DNA of 63,377 nucleotides, counting the filler, from Halocafeteria seosinensis (Eukaryota): assembly GCA_001687465.1 (NCBI GenBank). It is 7 parts of 7 records of this genome, joined end to end, with 100 filler letters (N's around TTAATTAATTAA, not from the genome) between each part and the next. Parts side by side here need not be neighbours in the genome. Positions count along the whole stretch, not along the records: positions 1,141 to 23,713 come from LVLI01000008.1; 6 more parts are not named here. The stretch is one strand, 5' to 3'. The position numbers and the translations under genes were made by a program. Positions 12,336 through 22,521 of the stretch are shown here, piece by piece. The notes beneath the pieces are model-generated. The model worked only from the letters and a program-made list of their open reading frames with translations, made no database searches and was not told the DNA's origin. Numbering within the stretch: the stretch's first letter is position 1; each line of letters opens with the position of its first letter.

Positions 12336-14279
12336 TCATCCAACAATTTCCAGCTTGACTCTGCTTCAACTCCCGCATGACTAAACTTTAACTCTTGGAT
12401 CACCAGGAGTTGTACCGCAAGTGTCAGCGCGTCTCTTATTCTCGTGACAGCATCAATACGGCGTAAGTGGCAAGGTGTCCACTCTTCAGCCGTCACCTTT
12501 ACCAGAGGATGCTTCCACTCCAATTTCTGTACCATAACAAACTGAGTTTGAGCGTCGTATTCCCTAAGTTCTTCATAACCACGGTAAAGTGCCTGCATTT
12601 GACGCCATGTCCTATCAATCAGAATGGAAAGTTCCGCAATATACTCTTTCTGAATGCTCAGCCTCTTTACAGTTCCCGAAGGCAAATGAGCAACCCCTCG
12701 GATGCTACTGGAGATGATCTCGTATTTATGTTCCAAAAATGCTGGTGTGCTCAGCCCCAAGATAACGTTTTTTTCATTTGCTTCCCCCGAGCAGCACTTT
12801 TGCACTGACAGCAATCCTAGCTCAAAATATAAACGAAGTCCAACTGTATGACGAGCTTCAGGTTGACATTCGAAGTAAGTCTCGTGATTGAGAATCTTCT
12901 TAAGATCGCCAGCAGTAAGGGAGCCTCCTCCCAAATACATTAAAGATTCGGTCCGGGATTCCTTTTCCTTGGTCTTAATAAATCTCTTGATCACGTCTCC
13001 ATAGTTAAGTCGACATTTCTCCAGGAATGATTCCACACCTGGTCTATTTAGGTCCCCTTCCAACTCGAACAAAAAATAATAAATATCAAACGGATTATAC
13101 AAGTCGCTCACATCTTTGACATCGTCCACCGCGAAACAAAAGCCATTGTAATGTTTTTTCAGATAGTAACACATAATATTCAATGGTTCCTCGTCTTCCA
13201 ACTCTGCCGCCAACTGTGCCAATTTTTTAGGTTTGCTCGTACAGAACTTATCAATGACATTAAACTTGTTATCCATCCTATCGTACAAGTGTTCAAACAT
13301 CCGTCTTATTTCAGCCTTTGTTACGCCTACTAATCCGTGGTAGTGCTTATGGCGCATAGCGTCCTCAATATCCATTCTTGATAAACCCGTACCACTTATG
13401 CGTAGAAGCGACACCGTTACGATGCGAAATAGATTTTCTTGACTATGTTTGATACAATTTCCAAAGCTGCTTAACACTTGAAGAAGTTTAGTCATTTGCT
13501 GCTTTGTTGAACCATCAGTCAATTCGTCGAGGGCCAAATCCCTGGAAGGCTTGTCAAATTCGTCAATCAACAAGATGGGCTGAGGATCCACATATTCTTT
13601 TACGTCATCATCGAGCTGCCCCGCAACATTTGTCCACAATCGAGTTACACGATGTAGGCCCCGTTCGAGTAGCAATACAGGATCGTCGTTTGAAATATCC
13701 GTCAAGTCTACCCCTTCGTCGGCGAACACAAGTCTAACATGACTTGGCAATACCTCGACAGAGTTAACATGTCCCAACGAGATACGGATCACCGGATGTA
13801 TAGGCGCGCGCAAAAACTGATCCCCTTTTTCCAAAGAGTGAAGTCGAGTTAAAAACTTCAAATATTGCTTTTCATCCTTTCCCCAACAAGCGGAGAGTGC
13901 TGACTTGATAAATGATAACAATGTTGTTTTCCCAAACCTTTGCGGGAAAATTACTGAAAAAGCCTTGCAAAGATCATCTAGGAGTATCCTCGCATACTCA
14001 GCTGACTTATCAATGAATAGTCCCTCGGAAATCATTTCAAAAGCATCGCCCTGAGAGCTTCTCGTATGGGTATAACAAAAATATCCCGATGTGGTTCCGT
14101 TAAGTGCGTTACGTCGAGCGCGAGTGATCTTTTCTAACCTTTCTGCCGTTACATTGGTAACTTCAATGCCGACACCTGCCACCAGTTACACCCTAGTTAC
14201 ATCTTGTAGAGATTTCGGAATTTGATTTTCAGTGCTTACTTACCTGTACCGCCTCCAGTATTCGGAGCTACGCGCCCTC
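12269..14279 (-). CDS. Crinkler-like AAA-ATPase + PD-(D/E)xK nuclease gene; 5' exons missing, 3' end overlapped by hAT sequence
   Basis: Walker A-like PQRFGKTT, Walker B ILLIDEFDKP, YNGFCF, REYDAQ..RIDAV..IQELK. Microexon 14244-14279, GT-AG intron 14176-14243, main exon from 14175. Confidence 0.75.
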
Positions 14280-14391
14280 CTGCAAACACAAACGCAAAAT
14301 AAGGGAAGTAGTGCAATTTTCTCCTCTAGACAAATCCACAGCCAACAATACGGACAAGTAACCAAAGCACAAAGATGGTTTCTTCCGTAGA

Positions 14392-14939
14392 TAATCAGTT
14401 ATTCTAAACGTGAAATGGTATCCTTGACTAGGGGTTTTGGTCTTTAGAGTATCTAGATTGTAAGTTTCATAAAACTCTACAAATTTTGGGTATGTTTCCT
14501 CATCGTAGATATGGTCTAAATCAACAGTAATAAATTTACTCTTATCCATAACCATTCCGTAGTTTATTTTTGGATTTTCCTTTATGCCTTTCAATACGTC
14601 CTTGGTTCTACGCTTTGTTTTTTCCCTATCCGTAACCTTTTCCCATCCATTTTTCGAAGGTCTTTTCAGTCCTTCATATAATGGAATTAGGTCAAAAAAC
14701 TTGCTCATTTTCTTTGCTTGTTTGTATTTCAAATTATCAGCTTTGGTCGCCATCTTATCTATACTCTCCTTATAGTGCTCAGTCTTTAAGCCATTAGGGG
14801 GTTGGTTCATCAAAGATTTACTAAATTTGTTATCTTTATCCATCTTTTCTGTTGGTTCTTCCTCTATACTCTTCCTATATCGCCTAGTCCTTAAGCCATT
14901 AGGGGGGTCATTGTTAATTTCTATATTCTCTCCAGTCAT
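14392..14939 (-). pseudogene. N-terminal primase-polymerase (Prim-Pol) part of a primase-helicase, truncated at the host junction
   Basis: NYGMV..FITVDLD..KTKTPSQGYHFTF motifs. The ORF tail LRKKPSLCFGY.. is host intron sequence that also occurs at 39445+. Confidence 0.8.
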
Positions 14940-16192
14940 TGTTATGATTATATAAAAACTATATATAAAAATTATTTCCATTGAAATGCGCGTTTAAAAT
15001 TCACTATCGCTTAAAACAGTAATTCATTAGGTAGCTGTATTACTTTTATGGATTTTATAGTGGACCCATTTTGGACATACAGTTAATTGTATATCCATTA
15101 TGGGCACAGTTAAAAACAGTAAAAATAATTTGAAGTGTTCTTGTGAAGTTGAGGTATTCATACACTAAATAAAAAAGCTGTTTTTGTAGTCAAAACTACT
15201 CCTATAAAGCCGTAAAACATATCGTTATAATCACTGTTTCAAGACGCATCTACTCATTTTATTCATTTATGGAGTTGATAGAATAACAAAAGCCCGACCA
15301 TCTATCCCGACCACTACCCGCACCCAAAGCTTTATGGTAGGGAGGGAAGCTCCAAAGGGGAACTCAAGGGGCAAGTAGAATGGCGGGATATATTCACTCA
15401 TTTTATTCTTCTTATCACTCTAAAACACTTGTGATATGGTTGATTAAACATTGCTGGTTTTGATTGTGTGATTGGTTTTCTAGATAAGACGGACTTTTGG
15501 AAGTTATGGACCTATAGTCCTACAGGGGAAGGAGGGAAAACTACAAAAAAGGTAAGGGAGGGCTGAGATGGAACAGACGGAGAATTTACGGATATGCTTT
15601 ACTATCGTAGCCATCCATTGAGGCTGAAACAATGTTGATAAGATAGAGAATGAAAAATAGACTAGGATGATATGGTTCGTTTTCAAATTACTCATTGTTT
15701 TTATCCCTTTACAGACGTTTAAAGGGGGCTTTGAGAGGCTCTAGGACGGGAAATCCTAGAGGGATGTAAACAACAAAAAAGGTGAGGGATAGCAGACCGG
15801 ATGATTGGAGGCCTTGAAATGGTGATTTTCTAGATGGTAGGTATGATGCATATGTATGGAAACAGCGGAGAATATCCTTTGTAATGGCCTAGTTGGCGTT
15901 TGTATTGGTGAAGTGTGAGTGGAGTAAATTGGGATTTTCTATACGGTGGGGAGGGCCGGTATGGATGGGTTATGGTGCGGTGCTTCTACAGTGCCCATTT
16001 ATGGCTCATATACCTGCTTTGATACCGTGGTGTGATGAAAACTACATTAACAATGCTTATAACTAGCTGCTGGGAAGGAATGGGGAGCTTTTGAGGTGAT
16101 GGTGTGAATTGAGGAAGTTGACGTGAATTCTACGTGAATTTGTAGAACGGCTTAAAGACTGGGGGATATACCAAGAGTATAGAGAAATAATA

Positions 16193-16810
16193 ATGAACTA
16201 CCAAATGAAAACCCATATACGCGAATTAATGGAACTGCTGGATGAAAATCAAGGAGAGATACCAAATGGTTTTTATTTATCCTGTGCGAACAAGTTGAGA
16301 GATTTATTTAACGAGAGTGATAGTGATTATGGAAGTGATACAAGCAGTGATTATGAAAGTGATACAAGCAGTGATATTGATAGTGTGGATGAAGAAGATG
16401 ATATGGATAGTGTGGATGAAGAAGAAGATGATATGGATAGTGTGGATGAAGAAGAGGAAATAATTGAAAGAAGGCCGGTAGGAAGACCGAACTTGCCTGA
16501 TTTAGAACGGTCGTATAATTGGATAGTCAAGTATAAAATGCTGGACAATAATATTATTAAGAAATTGAGGTTAGTTGAGGAACCATCCATAGAATACGAA
16601 ATGGTACCAATGTTAGTAGAAAAAGTTGATAGAAAGAACCATCAACACGCTTACCGTTCCTATGGTATTGATGATAGCGAATTAGAAACTTTATTTGACA
16701 AATTAAAAACATTTCACACGAAAATTCAGGACAAAGATATGATTGTTGAAGAGGATGAAAATAATGAGGATGAAACAAGCGAAGAAGGGGCTCAAGCCTG
16801 TCCCGTCTGA
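16193..16810 (+). CDS. Virophage hypothetical protein with acidic repeats
   Basis: 205-aa ORF with DSVDEEE repeats; C-terminal half nearly identical to ORF 33525-34043. Confidence 0.75.
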   Translation: MNYQMKTHIRELMELLDENQGEIPNGFYLSCANKLRDLFNESDSDYGSDTSSDYESDTSSDIDSVDEEDDMDSVDEEEDDMDSVDEEEEIIERRPVGRPNLPDLERSYNWIVKYKMLDNNIIKKLRLVEEPSIEYEMVPMLVEKVDRKNHQHAYRSYGIDDSELETLFDKLKTFHTKIQDKDMIVEEDENNEDETSEEGAQACPV

Positions 16811-18187
16811 AATATAAATCAAAAAATTAGTTCTAAATAAGCACTTGCGATGCTCCTTTGGTTTTTTTAGCGATTAATATATTTTTCTAGCGATTAATAT
16901 ATATATAATTATTATATGGTGAAGAATTTAGAAAAGGTAATCAAAGAGTTTTTAAAACAGAATCAGAAAGGGAAGAAAAAGAACAAAGGGAAGAAAAAGA
17001 ACGAACCAAAGAAAGAAAAGAAAGAAGAGGAACCAAAAGTAGAAGTGGAAGAAGAAATTAAAGAGGAAAACCCCCAGCAATCTGACACTAAAATTGATAT
17101 TCCTAATGATACATCCTTGCCTAGTTCAACTAAGATATCAAAGATACCTTCTGATGTTACATATTTTCAAGTTTGTACCGCGTCTTATGTAGAACATAAG
17201 AAAAGACCTAGTCTTATTAACAGATTCTGGCAATATATACCAAGTAGTTCAACGGATACCGTAGCAGTCTATATAGACAAACTAAATAAGGTGATGTTAG
17301 TTGCTTATCGTGGGACAGTCGTAACTAGTCCAAATGATTTACAAGCTGATTCAAAGATTGCTTTTAACCGTTTAAGTGAAACAACTAGATTCCAGAATGA
17401 CTTTAAGACGACTGGAACTTTGCTTGAGGAGTTTTCACCTGAAGATTTTAGTTATTTTTTCACTGGTCATAGTTTGGGAAACGCGATTCAACTGGAAATG
17501 AGCCGTAAATTCAATGTTGTTAGTGGAGGAAGAGGATATAATGGTGCTTTACAACCACGAGATATTGTTCAAACTCCTAAAAAGTTTAACTTTTGGTACA
17601 TCAAAGGTGACCCCTTATTTTCTCTTTCAGGACGATTTCTAACTAGGAATTTGTTTGTTTTCCCTCAAGTAACTAAAGGAGCTTTGGGAAATCATAGTTT
17701 AGAGAATTTCCAAGGTTTAACCAAATCTGATGCGATTAAGTCGGGAGGTAGTAAGCGAAATATTAAAAAACTTCCAACAAAGGCTGAACTTGTTAAGTTA
17801 GGATTAGCAAAGAAAGGCGATAAGAACGTAACAGTTGGAGGTAGTAGTATTCCGAAAGTTGTCGTTGATTTCTACAATGAATTGGAGAAAGAATTGTTGA
17901 ACTAAATTATTTTAATTCTTTTGAAAGAGTTAAAATAAGTTATTATGCTGTTACGTCCGCAAAACTGTTAGATACCAGCTTATATAAGTTATTACCGTCA
18001 GCTGATATATGTTCAGATGTAAGGTTATATATGGATACGTTCCCTGAAGCAAAAGCACTTACTGTATTATGAAGTTCAAACCCGTAAGCGTTCTGTTGCC
18101 CTTGTACTCCATTGCTACTGAATATACAGGAGTTAATAGTTAGAATAGGGCTATTTGGGTTAGCTTCTTCAAACTGAATTCTCATTC
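16489..18187 (+). repeat. ~1.7-kb direct duplicate of 33719-35411
   Basis: Both copies start at GAACTTGCCTGATTTAGAACGG and run through the lipase to the beta-helix gene 3' end, with SNPs and small indels. Confidence 0.95.
16916..17905 (+). CDS. Class 3 lipase-like alpha/beta hydrolase
   Basis: VAYRGT, FTGHSLG nucleophile elbow, GDP, NHSL. Confidence 0.88.
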   Translation: MVKNLEKVIKEFLKQNQKGKKKNKGKKKNEPKKEKKEEEPKVEVEEEIKEENPQQSDTKIDIPNDTSLPSSTKISKIPSDVTYFQVCTASYVEHKKRPSLINRFWQYIPSSSTDTVAVYIDKLNKVMLVAYRGTVVTSPNDLQADSKIAFNRLSETTRFQNDFKTTGTLLEEFSPEDFSYFFTGHSLGNAIQLEMSRKFNVVSGGRGYNGALQPRDIVQTPKKFNFWYIKGDPLFSLSGRFLTRNLFVFPQVTKGALGNHSLENFQGLTKSDAIKSGGSKRNIKKLPTKAELVKLGLAKKGDKNVTVGGSSIPKVVVDFYNELEKELLN

Positions 18188-19427
18188 CCGATTTTTTAGC
18201 GTGTCTACATACAACCCCTACAAAATTAAAGACCGATAAGTTCCCCTTTCCTCCAATGTCAATACAATACTCACCCTTGTTATCGTCACTTATTGGTTCA
18301 AAACTAATTCTGGCATTTTTTATGCTGACAGAGAAATTAGCATTGAAAGCAACATCATATTGTTTATCTTGGAGTTTGTCAAGTGACATATCTGAAAAGT
18401 AGTTTATATTTTCCCGAGAAGGATTAGCACTTGGTTCATAGAGTACATCTTGAAAGTTGTTCATTCCTGTAAGGTTTGAAAAGCTATTTCCTCTACTAAA
18501 AGCCTGAATAGATAGACCGGTAGTACAGTTCTCAAGATGTATACGATTGAAAACATTATCGTGGCTACCATCAGCACTAGCTCCACTAGCATGGGTAAGG
18601 TATACCCCCGTCTTCGTTTCAGTTGAGGTAGCTAGAATAGTTACATTTTCAATTAGGTTATTATCTGAACCACGAATTACTAAAGCCCCGTTATCATCAC
18701 TACCGTTTAAATTACAATCTTGAAACCGACAGTTTCGTAGAGTTGTATAACTCCCTTGTAACTGAATACCAACATTACACTGGCTAAACATTAGTCCGTT
18801 ATATACTGGCATCGTTACTTTAGTACCTGTTATATTAAGACCCATATTACATCCTACACAGAAAATGTCATTACTACGAAACAATGAGTTATTGGTAAAT
18901 TCAGCTCCAATATCGGCATTCACAAGATGTATATTTTCTACAACAACCGAACTACAGGTAGAAACTATAAGCCCACGGTCATTTGCTGGACTACCACGAG
19001 TTACCCATTGGTTGTCAACAAATAAATCACGAATTGCTATATTATCTTTATTATCATCGGCGTGTATTGTCCTAATAGCCGTAGTAAGATTAGCATTTAC
19101 TTCTAAAATAGTATTCCTGCTAGATGAGCCACGAAATGAAATTCCACTTAATAAGTTAATTGCCACATTTCCATTGTTGGTACTACCTCCGTCAATAAAG
19201 AATTTCCCACTAGTAAGCCGTATAACATCCCCATCTTGAGCCTGATTTATAGCATCTTGAATTACGTTTTGGTCGTTTGCCCCAAGACAGACAAAATTAG
19301 CACTAGCTTTAACGTCTTCTGGAGCTTGCGAAGATGCTATAAGTGTGGTGAAACTGTCCATTTCGGTTTCATATAGGTATTTCCTCATAATTTTTTGATT
19401 GGAATCTAGAATTTGACTGACTGACAT
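17943..19427 (-). CDS. Right-handed beta-helix (pectate-lyase-like) fibre/spike protein
   Basis: DQNVIQDAINQA..GDVIRLTSGKF..ISFRGS start typical of tail-spike beta-helices; Asn/Gly-rich repeats. Confidence 0.75.
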   Translation of the reverse strand: MSVSQILDSNQKIMRKYLYETEMDSFTTLIASSQAPEDVKASANFVCLGANDQNVIQDAINQAQDGDVIRLTSGKFFIDGGSTNNGNVAINLLSGISFRGSSSRNTILEVNANLTTAIRTIHADDNKDNIAIRDLFVDNQWVTRGSPANDRGLIVSTCSSVVVENIHLVNADIGAEFTNNSLFRSNDIFCVGCNMGLNITGTKVTMPVYNGLMFSQCNVGIQLQGSYTTLRNCRFQDCNLNGSDDNGALVIRGSDNNLIENVTILATSTETKTGVYLTHASGASADGSHDNVFNRIHLENCTTGLSIQAFSRGNSFSNLTGMNNFQDVLYEPSANPSRENINYFSDMSLDKLQDKQYDVAFNANFSVSIKNARISFEPISDDNKGEYCIDIGGKGNLSVFNFVGVVCRHAKKSGMRIQFEEANPNSPILTINSCIFSSNGVQGQQNAYGFELHNTVSAFASGNVSIYNLTSEHISADGNNLYKLVSNSFADVTA

Positions 19428-19484
19428 ATCTTTTTCTCTATATATTCATCAGAATGTTTTTTATATAAGTGAATTAATATAGAG

Positions 19485-21023
19485 ATGAATATTGAGCCAA
19501 TAGTTTTTCCACATCCTCCAGCTTTACCAGACTCGTTTAAACAACCAGAATATAAATTCATTTCAAGCAATAATTCGCTTCTTCAGTCTCCCAGTCCAAA
19601 GCATTTTAGCAATCAAAACCCTTTGGCTGAAGCAGGAGCCAATTTAGCAGTGAATCAGATTAGAGCAAGACAAGTTCAAGAAGCAATGCTTAAAGGTGGT
19701 GCTGATTCAGGTAAAATAAGTCCACAAGAACGATTACGTCTCATAAGACGTAACATTGAAGTATTTAAGGGGGATGCTGACCCACAACCCCTATTAAATG
19801 AAGAATCTGTACCTTTAAATGAGTCTCAAGGTGAAATAATCCAAATGAAACAGCTTCTTCAAGAGTTGATAGCTCAATTGAGCAACACAGGAACCCGTAG
19901 TTTGTCTAATATCAAAACAGAAAATATTCAGAGAATCTTTACTCTTCTGTCTGAAAATGGATTGAAAATATCTATGAGGGAACTTGAGAAACTAAGAAGT
20001 CTAAGTGAATCGTTAATAAGCCGAATCTTATTAGATGCTAAGAATTCTCAACTAGCAACGTCAAACAAGCCTAAGTTCAGATTAATTTTAATGTTTTATA
20101 TGCTGGTACTAACGCTAATTAGAACAGAGAATAACACGAAGACGGATAGAAAACGAATAGTTTCAGTCTTTATTCAGAATCTAGTAGAAAGCAACCTTGG
20201 ACAATTAGCAACCGAATTTGGTAATATGCTTCAGCATTCTAGGCTAAGTAATGAGACCGAGCAAATAATTACAAGTCTATCATCATCAGACGAACCGAAA
20301 AAACAGAAAAAAGAACCGAAGAAAAAGAAAGAAGACACTCCGGTTAGAGAGATAACTTTTGAAGATGAAACATCACCTAAGACTCCTAAATTATCTAAGA
20401 AAGAGAGGGCATTAAAGAAGCTAGAGGATGGAGAACGTCTGACTAAAGCAGAGTTCAAAGACGTTACTAAAGACGACCTACAAAACCTAGCTGTAGAGCT
20501 AGGTATGGATACAGCCGGTAACAAGCAAGATATCATTAATAGAATATTAACAAGAAACCAACGAACACCCGAGAATAGTAGTTCAGCTGTACCACCAACA
20601 ACCGAAGGATTTCGTACAGCTAGAGATGGAACTGACGATGACGTGCCCCCACCATTGGAAGATGAACAGCAAGACGGCGATGGTAATGTCGTAACAGGTA
20701 GTGGAAGAGGACACCAGAACGTTCAAAATATGGTAAATTTAATTAAACAGGCTAAGAAGAAGAGACGAGCAGGTGGAGCTAAAAATCCTTTCAAAGAAAT
20801 TAAGAAAGGAATAGACTTTTTCAAGAAGCTAGGAAAGAAGGGTAATACTAAGAATAATGTAGGTAAAGACAATTTTGACGACGAAACCATTGATGGTTTA
20901 TTGCTAGCTACACCCGAGGAGAAGCGAAAACTGAAGAAACAGCAACAAAAGAGAAAAAAGAAAGATAAAGGAGGACAGAAGAAACAAGTAGCCCAAGAGA
21001 AACTAAAAAAAAAGCTTAGATAA
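19485..21023 (+). CDS. Virophage hypothetical protein, Lys-rich, with a SAP/HeH-like segment (possible core protein)
   Basis: 512-aa ORF; TKDDLQNLAVELGMDTAGNKQDIINRI resembles a SAP/HeH motif; basic C-terminus. Confidence 0.7.
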   Translation: MNIEPIVFPHPPALPDSFKQPEYKFISSNNSLLQSPSPKHFSNQNPLAEAGANLAVNQIRARQVQEAMLKGGADSGKISPQERLRLIRRNIEVFKGDADPQPLLNEESVPLNESQGEIIQMKQLLQELIAQLSNTGTRSLSNIKTENIQRIFTLLSENGLKISMRELEKLRSLSESLISRILLDAKNSQLATSNKPKFRLILMFYMLVLTLIRTENNTKTDRKRIVSVFIQNLVESNLGQLATEFGNMLQHSRLSNETEQIITSLSSSDEPKKQKKEPKKKKEDTPVREITFEDETSPKTPKLSKKERALKKLEDGERLTKAEFKDVTKDDLQNLAVELGMDTAGNKQDIINRILTRNQRTPENSSSAVPPTTEGFRTARDGTDDDVPPPLEDEQQDGDGNVVTGSGRGHQNVQNMVNLIKQAKKKRRAGGAKNPFKEIKKGIDFFKKLGKKGNTKNNVGKDNFDDETIDGLLLATPEEKRKLKKQQQKRKKKDKGGQKKQVAQEKLKKKLR

Positions 21024-21047
21024 GAATATAAACTAACAAACCGAGTA

Positions 21048-21764
21048 ATGGAGGTAGTAACGTACATTATGATATGTCTTTCAAGTATTATAGCAACCGG
21101 AGGACCTGTATTATACAAATACATACGAAAATCTCGTTGCCAGAGTCAATGTTCACATGACGGTCAGAAATGCGATTGTAAAAAAATCAGCGGATACTGT
21201 ATAAGAAGAATGAAGATAGACAAAGCTGAAATAAATAGGTTAATGAACATAGCACTGAGTGAATCTCAGTTACAGGAATATACCCCTCATAAGGTACCGA
21301 TAATTAGTTACAATCAGATTTATGATAAGACGATTCCTGCGTGGTTAAAGCCAGAGAAAGCATTGATAATGTTATATTTACAAGAAGCAAGCGTGGGGCA
21401 TTGGACGTGCTTAATAGAGCATCCAGACACGTTTGAATATTTTGATAGTTACGGACACGCACCCGACGAACCATTGACTTGGAATTCAGAAGCTAAGAAT
21501 ATTCAGCTAGGGCAACCTTCACCTTATATATTGGATAGCATCCCAACATTATCTAAGCCATTGATTTATAATGACAAAGTACTTCAATTGAAGAAGAATT
21601 GTAGTCAGACCTGCGGTAGGTACGTTTTACTGCGGGTGGTATTAAAAGACTTGACACTGGAGGAGTTCATTAACTATTTAAAGTATGTAAGAGACGAATA
21701 TGACCTGAAGAACTTTGATAGAACAGTGAGCTTTTTAACAAGTGAACTTGACGAACAACAATGA
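21048..21764 (+). CDS. Virophage maturation cysteine protease (adenain-like)
   Basis: GHWTCL, EYFDSYG, QTCGRY give His-Asp-Cys plus the oxyanion Gln. Alternative start at 21210. Confidence 0.9.
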   Translation: MEVVTYIMICLSSIIATGGPVLYKYIRKSRCQSQCSHDGQKCDCKKISGYCIRRMKIDKAEINRLMNIALSESQLQEYTPHKVPIISYNQIYDKTIPAWLKPEKALIMLYLQEASVGHWTCLIEHPDTFEYFDSYGHAPDEPLTWNSEAKNIQLGQPSPYILDSIPTLSKPLIYNDKVLQLKKNCSQTCGRYVLLRVVLKDLTLEEFINYLKYVRDEYDLKNFDRTVSFLTSELDEQQ

Positions 21765-21923
21765 ACTTCAACTAGGGGGACGGCACCTATATAGATAATA
21801 GCTTATTCCAAAGATAATGATTTTCTGGTAGACGGTGGGTTGAGCCGATGGAAGTTCAACAAGAACTCTACCAGAAAGACGGGGGTTCGCACCTCCGTAA
21901 TGAGTGTTGGTTTTTAGGGGGAT

Positions 21924-22217
21924 AACCAACCAATTAATATAATTGGTTGGTTGGTGATTCGTCAGAGAGAGTCGCTCTCAACCAACCAATTAATATAATT
22001 GGTTGGTTGGTGATTCGTGAGAGAGAAAGGGGGACTGTTAAGGGGAGACTCTAACAGCCAAGGAGGATTGCCAACCAACCAATTAATATAATTGGTTGGT
22101 TGGTGATTCGTCAGAGAGAGTCGCTCTCAACCAACCAATTAATATAATTGGTTGGTTGGTGATTCGTGAGAGAGGAAGGTGGTTGGTGATTCGTCAGATA
22201 GAGTAGCTCTCAACCAA
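21924..22217. repeat. Array of four 29-bp hairpins within 56/149-bp repeats
   Basis: AACCAACCAATTA-ATA-TAATTGGTTGGTT at 21924, 21980, 22073 and 22129, each followed by GGTGATTCGT; partial fifth unit at ~22181. Confidence 0.95.
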
Positions 22218-22292
22218 GTTGAAGTTGCCAAGTTGAACCTACGAGTGTTGGTCACCAGAAACGATGGATACACAAAGGAGGAATCCATATAG

Positions 22293-22490
22293 CCGACCAT
22301 TAGTCCTAATGATAAGGTTAAGAATTCTGAAATAACAAACTTAATGAAAGAGCAGTTGGGGTATACACCACAAAGGACAAATGCGTTACTCAAAAATCAA
22401 TATAGATTGCAGGAATTCAGGACTAAAGGGACAAGGTTTAGAACCGGTCTAAAGGTAAAAGAACAGAATGATGATATAGATAATTTTTAA
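22293..22490 (+). pseudogene. Probable C-terminal remnant of a D5-like helicase
   Basis: 66-codon open frame that begins right after a TAG with no 5' start codon: TISPNDKVKNSEI..FRTKGTRFRTGLKVK, resembling the D5 C-terminal winged helix. Confidence 0.45.
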
Positions 22491-22521
22491 ATCACGGTGG
22501 GGCAAGAAAAATATAAATTCT

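Noticed and set aside
14268..14391. C-terminal tail of the 237-aa primase ORF, and ORF 39373-39591
   Set aside because: Translation of a shared host intron, not protein.
21924..22217. CRISPR-like array
   Set aside because: Spacers repeat and vary widely in length; no cas genes; eukaryotic/viral context.
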